A DNA stretch of 64,000 nucleotides from an uncultured Candidatus Saccharibacteria bacterium (GCA_964615415.1 CAZTNI010000002.1:190745-254744); one strand, 5' to 3'; positions 52,468 through 61,311 are shown, numbered from the stretch's first letter. Notes: generated by a model from the letters alone, not told the origin. Numbers and translations: made by a program.

Positions 52468-52487
52468 CGAGATAGTGAATTATAGTG

Positions 52488-53612
52488 TCAGAAGATGCCG
52501 TGACGAACCTCAGCACCTTCGTAGATGTTGAGCCACCCCTCAGCAATGAACCACTCAGGGATGTAGGCTTTTTCGAGTTCCCCCTCTGCTTGGAGGACCC
52601 GATAGGCCCATACACAGTGATTCTCGGAACCACGTGCCAGATACACCTCGCCCGGACGCGTCGCTCCTGGCCATGGCGAGGACTGACGGGTACCGAGGAG
52701 CCGGTTGTGAGGATACTCGAGCGGTGCCTGAAAACCGCCGCTGATGCTCACATACCGATTGTCGAGACCAAGGGAATCCCGCAAAAGCCTAGTAAGTTCC
52801 GCGCACCCTTCCTTGGAACGCACCTTGGTCGAAACGACCTGCATAAAGACTCGACGACCGGCCGCGTAGTAGGGATGCTTCACATGCCTCCAGCTTCCCA
52901 TAAACTTGGGTTCGCGACGATTACCAAGCGACGCTGGTGGGCACGAAATGCTCCGAACTGCACCTCCGCGGATCAGAGCATCAGTGTCGCCGTTTACCAT
53001 CGACTCTGACTCCCACCCGTTCATGACGGGATGATAGCCAGGAACGATGCGGAGTTCGTGGTTACTCCCACTAGGCTTGCTATTGCTCATCCAGAAGATG
53101 AACCGATTCGGGCGACTCACCACAAACTCGACGTTAAGCCTGTTTGTCAAAATGTGGGGAAGCGCAACTCGATAGCGAAGGCCTGCGACACCTGTCGCGT
53201 CGATCGCCGCTTGTATCGCCGCGTCAACGCTATTGTGTACGGCAACCACCACGCCTACCTGCAGCTCGCGCAGCGCCTCGACAATTTCCTCGCGACCCAT
53301 TTCCTGGATATTCGAAGGAATTACGTCGAAGCTCATAAACCGCACCGAATCGCCGCGTGAAAGCGACGGATCCCCGTGTTCGACGGACATGATGCCGCCA
53401 AACGCATACGTTGTACGGTGCATCACGAATTGCTGTACATGAGAGGCAGCAAGCCGCAGAACCTGGAGCTGTACTTCGTCGGACGACCTGGCAAAGAGCA
53501 CCACTTCGTCGACTTGGTCCCACGGATCGAGATAGATGTTGGCCACAGCGCCCTGTTCGTCGCAAACAACCCAGAGGTCAAGACGACGGCGCGTAAGCTG
53601 GAGAGACGACAT
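52488..53612 (-). CDS. Hypothetical 374-aa protein immediately downstream of the kinase/PqqD/nucleotidyltransferase operon. No family recognised.
   Basis: Long ORF with balanced composition. No Walker, PP-loop or sulfotransferase motifs recognised. A possible own promoter sits in the 183-nt gap upstream. Confidence 0.6.
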   Translation of the reverse strand: MSSLQLTRRRLDLWVVCDEQGAVANIYLDPWDQVDEVVLFARSSDEVQLQVLRLAASHVQQFVMHRTTYAFGGIMSVEHGDPSLSRGDSVRFMSFDVIPSNIQEMGREEIVEALRELQVGVVVAVHNSVDAAIQAAIDATGVAGLRYRVALPHILTNRLNVEFVVSRPNRFIFWMSNSKPSGSNHELRIVPGYHPVMNGWESESMVNGDTDALIRGGAVRSISCPPASLGNRREPKFMGSWRHVKHPYYAAGRRVFMQVVSTKVRSKEGCAELTRLLRDSLGLDNRYVSISGGFQAPLEYPHNRLLGTRQSSPWPGATRPGEVYLARGSENHCVWAYRVLQAEGELEKAYIPEWFIAEGWLNIYEGAEVRHGIF

Positions 53613-53794
53613 GATCGAACCCTTTCGTTCGTTTACATTGAACTGCCAGAAAATATACTACCTTATAATATTAAAAAGTCAAGAATGTGCCTCAGGCCGC
53701 ATCTCAAGGGTTTTGAGAGGTTGTATAAAAAGAAAAGCCGCCTCAGCTCCCTATACGAAAACCCATCTTCGTCCCAGTATCGCCCCCGGCGTGC

Positions 53795-54964
53795 TCACGA
53801 AAATATGCGAGTATATAGCCTCTTAAGAAGGAAGCGGGGGATGTCACGCCTTCTCCGCAGTCGCCAGTTTCTACACAAAAATTCCGTGAAAGACGAGATG
53901 CTGGGGGAAACTCTGCCGTTCGCATCAAGGGTGCGGTAGCGATACCAGGCCAGCGGCAGGTTGCCAAACGTTGTGCGCGTACCATTTGCTAATGCGTAAT
54001 AGTGCTGTAGCCGTCGCTGCGTAACCGGCAAGGCTGAAAGTTTCTGATAAAAATAATCAGGGATCTGCTTCAGAGGAAATGTTTCGTGGAGATACGAAAA
54101 CGCGTGTTGCATTTCTGGAACTAGTTCAAATTGGACAGTTCTCTCTAACACCCGTTGCCAATTCACTTCCGCATTTTCTATGATCGCAGCAGTATCTACC
54201 ACCCACCGCATTGGTTTCAAGGTGTTCATTCCCGCTCCATGCGCAACCACATGAATGAGAAGATCCTCCGGGGATGGTACGTGCACTTCCATTCCTTGCA
54301 AGGTAACAGTGCGCGCCTCTGCAAAAAGGGCTGCGTAGGTCATGGGGTGCCGCGTGCGCACCGTCCTCAATAATTCCCACGAAGTAAGATATTCATCTTT
54401 GTAAAAAAGGTTAGCGTGTACATCGATGCAAGCATCTCCTTTGGTAAAGGAAAAATCCCTAGCGGCATCGAGATAGGTATCTGTTTCTGAAATGTTGGTA
54501 GGCAGGTGTGTAGAATGCCACCCGTGCGCTCGCAGTATAGCAGCCGCTTTCTGAAGATTGGCATCAGCAACAAATACATCAACATCTGCAACAAACCGCA
54601 CTCCAGGATTTTTATAAACGGCAAGAAAAAGAGCAGCTCCTTTTAAGAGGAGTGCGCCAATCCCTTCTTTTTGAAATGCCGCAAGTATAGGAACAACTTC
54701 TTTTAAAAGTAGCTGGTTCTTTACCCACGTTAGTCGGTACAACCCCTCTATTTTTGATACCAACGGGTCCTGAATTCCTTCTTCCCGGAGCCGCATATAT
54801 AGAAGCGGAAGGAGGCTCATGGTCGCATAGTCAATAGTGTCAAACGGTACGACACGTTTCCATTCTCCCCACAATTGGAGCAGCTCGCTTTTGTCGCACA
54901 ACAACAAGCGCAACAAGCGTTCATCGGTAGTATCAGGAAAGCTTGTAGGGATAGGAAGTGACAT
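53795..54964 (-). CDS. Putative nucleotidyltransferase of the 'uncharacterised nucleotidyltransferase' type (PF14907-like), as seen in RiPP/lasso-peptide tailoring clusters
   Basis: 389 aa. Mid-region GALLLKGAALFLAVYKNPGVRFVADVDVFV carries a pol-beta-like G[SA]...D.D core. Context with PqqD-like and HprK-like genes. Family assignment by resemblance, not search. Confidence 0.65.
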   Translation of the reverse strand: MSLPIPTSFPDTTDERLLRLLLCDKSELLQLWGEWKRVVPFDTIDYATMSLLPLLYMRLREEGIQDPLVSKIEGLYRLTWVKNQLLLKEVVPILAAFQKEGIGALLLKGAALFLAVYKNPGVRFVADVDVFVADANLQKAAAILRAHGWHSTHLPTNISETDTYLDAARDFSFTKGDACIDVHANLFYKDEYLTSWELLRTVRTRHPMTYAALFAEARTVTLQGMEVHVPSPEDLLIHVVAHGAGMNTLKPMRWVVDTAAIIENAEVNWQRVLERTVQFELVPEMQHAFSYLHETFPLKQIPDYFYQKLSALPVTQRRLQHYYALANGTRTTFGNLPLAWYRYRTLDANGRVSPSISSFTEFLCRNWRLRRRRDIPRFLLKRLYTRIFS

Positions 54965-54975
54965 GTCGCTCTGGT

Positions 54976-55680
54976 TTATGCTCCTCGTCGTTTATCTAAA
55001 GAAGCTTTAAGAATGCGGATATAGTCCCCTCGAGAGTCTCGTGCTCTCACCCCAGTGTTGTTGGCGTGGATCCTCCGCTTAAGGAGCATGTCCGGAACAG
55101 CAGTAAACCCTAACCCCGCCGTTTTTGCTCGTGCAAACCAATCAACAAATTCTCCCACTCTCCACCGAGGCTCAAATATACCCACCCGATAAAATGCCTC
55201 TGCACGAACGACACACGCTGAAGGAATATAGGCAGCAAGTGCGCCTGGGGGGCAAAATCGCAGTCGCTGTTCAGCCTCTGGTAGTTCCGGACTGATAAAA
55301 CATTCCATAGTACAAAAAACACCGTCAAGGTGTGGGTTGTTAGCAAGGGTGCGCAACTGAATCTCCAGTTTTTGTGGCATCCACAAGTCATCTGCATCCA
55401 TAAACGCAATGAAATCTCCTGTCGCTCGTGCCACCCCGGCATTACGAGCTGCACCAATACCGCTGTTGTGGGGCATATCGATGTGCGTTATTTTTGAACC
55501 AAAAGATCGCAGAATATCTCGAGTGCTGTCCGTGGAACCATCATTGACACAGATCAACTGTAAAGACGCATGTGTCTGTGCAAGCACGCTTTCGATCGCT
55601 GCTGCTACGTATGCTGCGCCGTTAAACACAGGCAATATAACGCTCACGTATGAAGGTGTGGTCTGTGGTGTGTCGGGCAT
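54976..55680 (-). CDS. GT2 glycosyltransferase (paralog 1)
   Basis: SVILPVFNGAAYVAAAIESVLAQT...ICVNDGSTDSTRDIL...FMDADDLW. Confidence 0.85.
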   Translation of the reverse strand: MPDTPQTTPSYVSVILPVFNGAAYVAAAIESVLAQTHASLQLICVNDGSTDSTRDILRSFGSKITHIDMPHNSGIGAARNAGVARATGDFIAFMDADDLWMPQKLEIQLRTLANNPHLDGVFCTMECFISPELPEAEQRLRFCPPGALAAYIPSACVVRAEAFYRVGIFEPRWRVGEFVDWFARAKTAGLGFTAVPDMLLKRRIHANNTGVRARDSRGDYIRILKASLDKRRGA

Positions 55681-55684
55681 AGGT

Positions 55685-56815
55685 TTAGGGAGTTGAGCGT
55701 GAGATAAAATTCCTCATGGTCGTAGTTGCATGCTGTTGATCAGAACCGAGTAGTAATTTGAAGCACTGGGTCTGGGCAATAATACCGCGGAGTCTTTTTA
55801 GTATATCGTGTTGAGAGAAGGGGAGTTGCATCACCGTTGTGGGCGCAAGAGCCAGCAACGCTTCGATTTTAGTCGCAGGTTCAATGCGTGTTGCAACCTC
55901 TGTAGTAATTGTGGGAATGCAAATCGCAAACAACGCCGCAGAACTGCGTATCTGTGTCGGAAACAAATCTGTCATACAATGTATCTCTTTCTGGCGCGCA
56001 CTGTGTTCGTCCCGAGGAACAGGCACTAAGGGTGAAATATTTTTTGTGTTTACTGCTACGCGTACAACCTCCTCAGTTACCTTTACTGAGTTGTATACAC
56101 TGTGCACCATACGACTCCCATCTTCTATCGCAACATAGTCATCACCCAAGAAAGTAAGCCCGGCTGCTGCACACACAAAAGCAGTTGTCGATTTACCAGA
56201 GCCGCCGCGCGCAGTAAGAAGAATAGCGTGCTTGTCTACGCCCAAAGCGGCACCGTGCACCAGATGAATGTCTTTCTCCGCAAGAAACCAATGTAATACC
56301 GCCCGCGCCGGCGCGGCAGTTACCCATGCGGGGATATCATGCGCAGCAGGGAGACGTACATACGCAGTAGCATCTCCATCAAACGCTTCAATAATAGCGT
56401 CGCCCTGGAGGCATACTCCCACGAAACGATGTGCCGGTCGGTGCGCGTCGGTAGCGGGAGAGGAAAAAAAGCGCTGGTCGCTCCATGGCGCCACCACACC
56501 CGCGTCAGTGTCTTCATTCCATACATGGATGGTAAGGTCAGGGTTTTCTCTATCTGCACAGGAGAGGTGCATTATCGCCGGAGCAAGACTGTCCGCAAGA
56601 AACTGGCCGTAGAACAAGATCCTGATACGAGTAGTAGCGATAGTGAAATTATACGAAGTGGGTGGAGTGTGTACTCGAGCTCTCGAAAGCGCAGGTTGCA
56701 ACACTTCGGTGAGGTATGCAGAGGTAAGACTGATAAAGTTTGTCGTACTGATGCGCGCATCCGTCTGAATCATAAGAAGGTTATGTGAGGTGTGTTCGGG
56801 TACGTGCCCGCTCAA
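55685..56815 (-). CDS. HPr kinase/phosphorylase-like P-loop Ser/Thr kinase (HprK C-terminal-domain homolog)
   Basis: LVHGAALGVDKHAILLTARGGSGKSTTAFVCAAAGLTFLGDDYVAI. Walker A GGSGKST in an HprK-like context. 35-nt overlap with the upstream GT2 unless the start is the internal Met (MIQTD). Confidence 0.7.
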   Translation of the reverse strand: MSGHVPEHTSHNLLMIQTDARISTTNFISLTSAYLTEVLQPALSRARVHTPPTSYNFTIATTRIRILFYGQFLADSLAPAIMHLSCADRENPDLTIHVWNEDTDAGVVAPWSDQRFFSSPATDAHRPAHRFVGVCLQGDAIIEAFDGDATAYVRLPAAHDIPAWVTAAPARAVLHWFLAEKDIHLVHGAALGVDKHAILLTARGGSGKSTTAFVCAAAGLTFLGDDYVAIEDGSRMVHSVYNSVKVTEEVVRVAVNTKNISPLVPVPRDEHSARQKEIHCMTDLFPTQIRSSAALFAICIPTITTEVATRIEPATKIEALLALAPTTVMQLPFSQHDILKRLRGIIAQTQCFKLLLGSDQQHATTTMRNFISRSTP

Positions 56816-57455
56816 GTTTTTTTCGAAAGGCGTTAATCTGACCCTGCTTTACAAACACTTCGTCGTTCGTAAGGTTAGCATCGTGGCGACGATATAACAG
56901 CGTTACCTCATCGAGCCGTTTTTCGCAGCACTCACTTTCGCGCAGACGAATATTCCAATCAAAATCTTCCCCCTGTCGTAACTCCTCATCAAAAAGCCCC
57001 ACCTTTCTAAACACAGAGGCTTTATATAAACAGGCACCGATGAGCGGTTCAAGTACAAGAGGCTCGAGGTGATCTTCTACAGCTTCACCTGCTCCACGAA
57101 AATACCGCACATGCCCGCGCACAAAGTCATACGGACTGTCTGGAGAAAGATAGGGTACACACAAGTCGAGTCGGCCCTGAGGCCACAGGTCATCGGCATC
57201 AAGGAGTCCGATAATAGAACCCTGTGCAGCACGGAGCCCCACGTTACGCGCCACCGCTTGACCCGCGTTCCCTTGAGAAAAAAGGATGATGCGCGTTCCA
57301 AAACTACTCAAAACCTGTAGCGTGCCGTCGGTCGAACCGTCGTTCACAACAATAACTTCAATGTCACTGCGACCTTGGGCAAGAACTGACTCTATGGTTG
57401 CAGCAACGAAACGCTCACCATTAAAGACAGGAATGACGACTGAGATATACGGCAT
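56781..57455 (-). CDS. GT2 glycosyltransferase (paralog 2)
   Basis: SVVIPVFNGERFVAATIESVLAQ...IVVNDGSTDGTLQVL...LLDADDLW. About 45% identical to paralog 1 by eye. Confidence 0.85.
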   Translation of the reverse strand: MPYISVVIPVFNGERFVAATIESVLAQGRSDIEVIVVNDGSTDGTLQVLSSFGTRIILFSQGNAGQAVARNVGLRAAQGSIIGLLDADDLWPQGRLDLCVPYLSPDSPYDFVRGHVRYFRGAGEAVEDHLEPLVLEPLIGACLYKASVFRKVGLFDEELRQGEDFDWNIRLRESECCEKRLDEVTLLYRRHDANLTNDEVFVKQGQINAFRKKLERARTRTHLT

Positions 57456-57457
57456 GC

Positions 57458-57886
57458 TTACTCCTTTTTAAGATTGGGCCAACCACTCGCGTCAATATCG
57501 TGGATAGGGTCTGCAAGGAGCATCTCCTGCATGTCTCGAAACGCTTTCATTTCAGGAGCAATAAAAGCACTTTTCGGTTGTGTTGCAACTGGTAAGGGAG
57601 TGGTGGTGACTGGTGCCCCCGCTTCAATCAGATGCTCTTCTTGTAGTCGTAGCAAAAACGTAGAAAGAGCTGCGGCACTATCTGCAAGATGCACCTCGTA
57701 CCGTGTTGAAAGGTGCTGTTCAATTGCGGCAACGGTATATCCCGCCAAAATACATTTCCATATTTCGGTTGCAGTCTCATTCAGACTGTAATAGGTCCCC
57801 GTCTGAAAGTTAATAATAATAGTCTCACCCTCAAGGGTTTCGCTTGCTACACGCGATGTATCAACAACAAAAGATGTAGCACTCAT
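57458..57886 (-). CDS. PqqD-family protein (RiPP recognition-element-like peptide chaperone)
   Basis: ETLEGETIIINFQTGTYYSLNETATEIWKCILAGYTVAAIEQHLSTRYEV fits the PqqD pattern (gg..lLd..sg.yy.LN.tg..IW.ll.g..tv.ei...L...y.v). Confidence 0.65.
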   Translation of the reverse strand: MSATSFVVDTSRVASETLEGETIIINFQTGTYYSLNETATEIWKCILAGYTVAAIEQHLSTRYEVHLADSAAALSTFLLRLQEEHLIEAGAPVTTTPLPVATQPKSAFIAPEMKAFRDMQEMLLADPIHDIDASGWPNLKKE

Positions 57887-57909
57887 AAGGGTAGTATAGC
57901 ACGGGGGAG

Positions 57910-58410
57910 TTATTCACCAGCTTTTCTTATTGCCTCAAGGTCGAGTTTTTTCATCGGCATAAACACCTTTGCGACTGCGTCAGCTTTTTGAGGGTCGCGC
58001 ATCATTTCATCCAAAATCCGCGGCACTACTTGCCACGTGACGCCGAACTTGTCGGTGCACCACCCACACTGCTCAGCCTCAGGCACTGCTGAAAGTTTTT
58101 CCCAAAAGAAATCAATTTCTTCTTGCGTTTCGCACTCAATAATAAAAGAGGTGGAGCCGTTTAGTTTAAACTGCTCAACGGGCCCGCCATTGAGAGCCAT
58201 GAAGCTAATGCCGTCAATCTCTGCTTCAGCGGTCATAACCGACCCTTCCGGCCGACCGGAAACTTCTACAGTTTCCTTAGGGGTTTTTGTAATATCACCA
58301 AGCTTTGCCTCGTGGGCACCCGGCGCTGCGTTAAACGTATCTATATAATAGTTAATGGCTTCTTCTCCGTCGTTGTTACGAAACCAAATGCACGTAATTA
58401 GTTTACTCAT
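57910..58410 (-). CDS. PhnB-like/3-demethylubiquinone-9 3-methyltransferase-domain protein (VOC superfamily)
   Basis: MSKLITCIWF...EAINYYIDTF...GSVMTAEAEIDGISFMALNGGP...QCGWCTDKFGVTWQVVP. Confidence 0.75.
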   Translation of the reverse strand: MSKLITCIWFRNNDGEEAINYYIDTFNAAPGAHEAKLGDITKTPKETVEVSGRPEGSVMTAEAEIDGISFMALNGGPVEQFKLNGSTSFIIECETQEEIDFFWEKLSAVPEAEQCGWCTDKFGVTWQVVPRILDEMMRDPQKADAVAKVFMPMKKLDLEAIRKAGE

Positions 58411-58472
58411 AGTAGTACTGTACCACAGTGGGTTCCGACTGCTGGATAGTGTTCGAATCTGTTTGGTTGTAT

Positions 58473-58504
58473 AAAAAAGAAAACCCGCCGAAGCGGGTTT
58501 TATA
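58473..58504. terminator. Intrinsic terminator (A-run/hairpin/T-run)
   Basis: ataaaaaagaAAACCCGCcgaaGCGGGTTTtatatat. Confidence 0.65.
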
Positions 58505-58521
58505 TATGTACCAGAGAGTGT

Positions 58522-58977
58522 CTACTTGTCGTAAGCCGCGTTGCGGATGTCATCGTCGCTCATGTTGGCGGGGTCGAGGTCGCCTCCGAACACACGTTCG
58601 AGAACGCTCCCAAGAAGGACTCCGACGCTCAACCTCGCGGTTGCGAGCATGTCCTCGAGAGCTGCTTCTGCACCTTGCACGCCTCCCTTTTCAGTGGGGC
58701 GCCGATCTGGAAGCCGCTTGTCGCGCGCAATTACACCTAGTCCCTCAGTCTGTTGCGGAAGCACGGTGTCGCCAAGGAGAGCGAGAACTCCTGCTTCTTC
58801 AACTGGTGTCTTGTGGTTGAAGACAACAGCCCTGCTCTCTTCTTCCAGTAGTGCTGCTTGAGAGTCGGTGAGCGAGGCGGCCACATAGGCTCGACATGTG
58901 CACACCGGCCCGCATCCAACACCGACGGTTTCCAGAAATAGAATCCTCTTCAGAATCTGCTCTTTGTCCGTGTTCAC
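58522..58977 (-). CDS. Hypothetical Cys-containing protein (GCGPVCTC motif). Start placed at a GTG.
   Basis: GAAGGAG Shine-Dalgarno 8 nt upstream of the GTG (reverse complement of 58975-58977). TTGACA-17-TAAATC promoter-like element further upstream. The ORF track's extended ATG at 59058 lies upstream of that promoter. Confidence 0.5.
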   Translation of the reverse strand: MNTDKEQILKRILFLETVGVGCGPVCTCRAYVAASLTDSQAALLEEESRAVVFNHKTPVEEAGVLALLGDTVLPQQTEGLGVIARDKRLPDRRPTEKGGVQGAEAALEDMLATARLSVGVLLGSVLERVFGGDLDPANMSDDDIRNAAYDK

Positions 58978-59105
58978 GATCTGTAACTCCTTCTGTGTAG
59001 ATCTAGAAATACAGGAAATTCCGTATATAGATTTAATATAAATTAAACCTTTTGTCAAGCATAGGCTGATATTGGCGGACGACGTTCGAACCTGCCTAGT
59101 TAGAT

Positions 59106-59137
59106 GAAAAGAAAAGCCGCCCTTTAAGGGGCGGCTT
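59106..59137 (-). terminator. Minus-strand intrinsic terminator
   Basis: gaaaagaaAAGCCGCCCtttaagGGGCGGCTT. Confidence 0.6.
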
Positions 59138-59151
59138 GGGGAAATAAGTTG

Positions 59152-59373
59152 TTATATTGCTTCGAGTTCAGAGGGACCGTAGTAGCCCTTGGAGCCGTCG
59201 GCGTGTGTCACCTCATAGGAATCACCGTGGGAATCGCTAGAGGATCCTATCTTTCCTTCGACCCCCCACTTGCGTTTCTTCTTGCCCTCCTCGGTGTAAG
59301 TCTCGGCCACCACAGGATCCTCCCTGGTGGTCCTTACTGCATCGCCGCGACTAAAACGTTTCTCGGTTGCCAT
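59152..59373 (-). CDS. Small beta-barrel (DUF2945/Tudor-like) protein
   Basis: MATEKRFSRGDAVRTTRE...KWGVEGKIG...YEVTHADGSKGYYGPSELE. GGAGGTG Shine-Dalgarno 5 nt upstream of the ATG. Confidence 0.5.
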   Translation of the reverse strand: MATEKRFSRGDAVRTTREDPVVAETYTEEGKKKRKWGVEGKIGSSSDSHGDSYEVTHADGSKGYYGPSELEAI

Positions 59374-59575
59374 AGTTGCACCTCCAAAAGAACGAGGGTA
59401 ACAAAATAACATTAATATATAGAATGGTCAAAATCGGCTCCTCGGGTAGGAAAGGAGGCTCGGTCAGGAATAAAATAGTTGCCGTCGCAACTATTTTTTC
59501 ACGACCCTGGCTCGCGGTTTCGTCTGCTGACGAAACATCGCTGCGCCTTTCGAGTCCTACCGCAAGCAACATTGG

Positions 59576-59782
59576 TTGCTTGCTCCCGCTGGAGCTTGTA
59601 ACGCAAAAATCGCCCGAATGGCGATTTTGCTAACCAAGCTCCGAGCAGCGCAGGAACTTCGAACCGTTATTCAAGGCGGTTGGCACTCCTACGCAATGGA
59701 GGCAGCGGTCAAAGTGATCCGGAACGAGGAGCCGTATGATGAAGAGACGATGAGGTGGATGGAAAGGCCGGGACCGCGATAA
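59576..59782 (+). CDS. Possible small protein in a structured intergenic region, weak call
   Basis: 68-aa ORF (or 54 aa from MAILLTK). No family recognised. Confidence 0.25.
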   Translation: MLAPAGACNAKIARMAILLTKLRAAQELRTVIQGGWHSYAMEAAVKVIRNEEPYDEETMRWMERPGPR

Positions 59783-59896
59783 ATTTCTTAAGGAACTAAA
59801 TATCAATATGCCAGCAGGGCGAGTGATGAGTCAACATGATAGGATTAGGTGAATTGATGGAATAAGTCAATAAACTATTTTTATATTATAAACACC

Positions 59897-61282
59897 ATGA
59901 GATCCGAATACAGAAACAGGTGGTTGATTGCAAAGATTGGCATTGGTGTCGGCATGATGGCGGCGATAGGTATTGCCGCGATGACTTTTTGGCTTGGATA
60001 CGAGAATCTCTTTGCACTCTACCCGTTTATACATTATTCGGTCATGCAAGGCATTGGCATCACCGTGGCGGTATCTGCCCTCTCTTTTTTCGTGCTGCGT
60101 ACCTTGTACCGCGCACATTCGAAGATTCTCGCAATCACGCTCGGGCTGTGTGTCGCCGGAGGACTACTTTATATGTGGGCAGATAAGACCTATTCTCCGC
60201 ATTTTGCCATGCCAGCATTTATGCATGTATATCATCCAGGCGGGCACAACCCCGACTTGCCACTCAAAAACGTTTTTGCCTTTATCAAGAACTTCAGAAA
60301 TTTCGAATACGTTGAGGATATCGGTGCCGATCCAAACGATGTGCCGCCGCCTATTGCCCGCGATTGGACCGAAACAGTAAAAATATCGTTCACTGCGCAG
60401 GAGGTAATTGCTGAAGTGGCGAAGGGTATTTATTTCAACTACTGGACATTCAACAAGCAGGTACCGGGGCCGATGCTTCGTGTGCGCGAGGGTGATACGG
60501 TTGAGATGACCATCACCAACCATCCATCGAGCCTCCACTCGCATAACATTGATCTTCACGCGGTCACTGGCCCAGGCGGCGGCTCCACGCTCTCGCACGT
60601 CGAACCGGGCGAGACAAAAACGTTCACATGGAAGGCGCTCCAGCCAGGCCTATACATCTACCACTGCGCAACCCCGAACGTGAGTACACACAACTCCCAC
60701 GGACAGTATGGCCTTATCTTGGTCGAGCCAAAGGAAGGATTACCGCAGGTTGATAAAGAGTTCTACGTAGTGCAAGGAGAGTTGTATACCAAGGGTGCGA
60801 TCGGCAAGAAAGGGCTCACTATATTCGACGGCAACGCACTTTTGGACGGAATACCGAACTATGTGACTTTCAACGGGCGCATTGAAACCGACGGCAACCC
60901 ACGCATGAAAGTGCGGGCTGGCGACAAGGTCCGTATCTTTGTCGGGAACGGCGGCATAAATCTGATTTCTTCATTCCATTCAATCGGCGAGATATTTGAG
61001 ACCGTATACGCTGAAGGAGGCATTGGAGGGCATCCTCTCAAGAATATCCAGACTACGGCTGTTTTGCCCGGCGGCACTTCCATCGTTGAATTTACGGCGG
61101 AAGTGCCCGGCAACATAGTGCTTGTCGACCATGCACTTGCTCGTATGAACAAGGGTGCATGGGCGATTATCGAAGTGGAGGGCGAACCACGGCCGGATAT
61201 CTACGCGCCAGGAAGAGATTTTATAGAATCGTCAACAACAGTAGAGAACTCTGACACGGAAGATGCTCACGTGATGCACTAG
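59897..61282 (+). CDS. nirK: Copper-containing nitrite reductase-like two-domain cupredoxin (NirK family) with an N-terminal ~130-aa membrane extension
   Basis: HSHNIDLHAVTGPGGG (type-2/type-1 Cu His block, compare HNVDFHAATG) and YIYHCATPNVSTHNSHGQYGLILVEP (Cys-His-axial ligand block). The axial position reads Gln instead of Met. Three N-terminal TM helices. Confidence 0.75.
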   Translation: MRSEYRNRWLIAKIGIGVGMMAAIGIAAMTFWLGYENLFALYPFIHYSVMQGIGITVAVSALSFFVLRTLYRAHSKILAITLGLCVAGGLLYMWADKTYSPHFAMPAFMHVYHPGGHNPDLPLKNVFAFIKNFRNFEYVEDIGADPNDVPPPIARDWTETVKISFTAQEVIAEVAKGIYFNYWTFNKQVPGPMLRVREGDTVEMTITNHPSSLHSHNIDLHAVTGPGGGSTLSHVEPGETKTFTWKALQPGLYIYHCATPNVSTHNSHGQYGLILVEPKEGLPQVDKEFYVVQGELYTKGAIGKKGLTIFDGNALLDGIPNYVTFNGRIETDGNPRMKVRAGDKVRIFVGNGGINLISSFHSIGEIFETVYAEGGIGGHPLKNIQTTAVLPGGTSIVEFTAEVPGNIVLVDHALARMNKGAWAIIEVEGEPRPDIYAPGRDFIESSTTVENSDTEDAHVMH

Positions 61283-61311
61283 GGGGGTCAAGCGGTGCAA
61301 CTAATCCATGT

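Noticed and set aside
52488-53612. 374-aa protein as a lasso-peptide cyclase (asparagine-synthetase-like)
   Set aside because: YVSISGGFQ only superficially resembles the SGGxDS PP-loop. No other AsnB-like blocks, and the length is wrong (374 vs ~600 aa).
53376-53939. 187-aa + strand ORF spanning the operon's 183-nt intergenic gap
   Set aside because: Overlaps two motif-supported minus-strand genes. Arg-rich composition.
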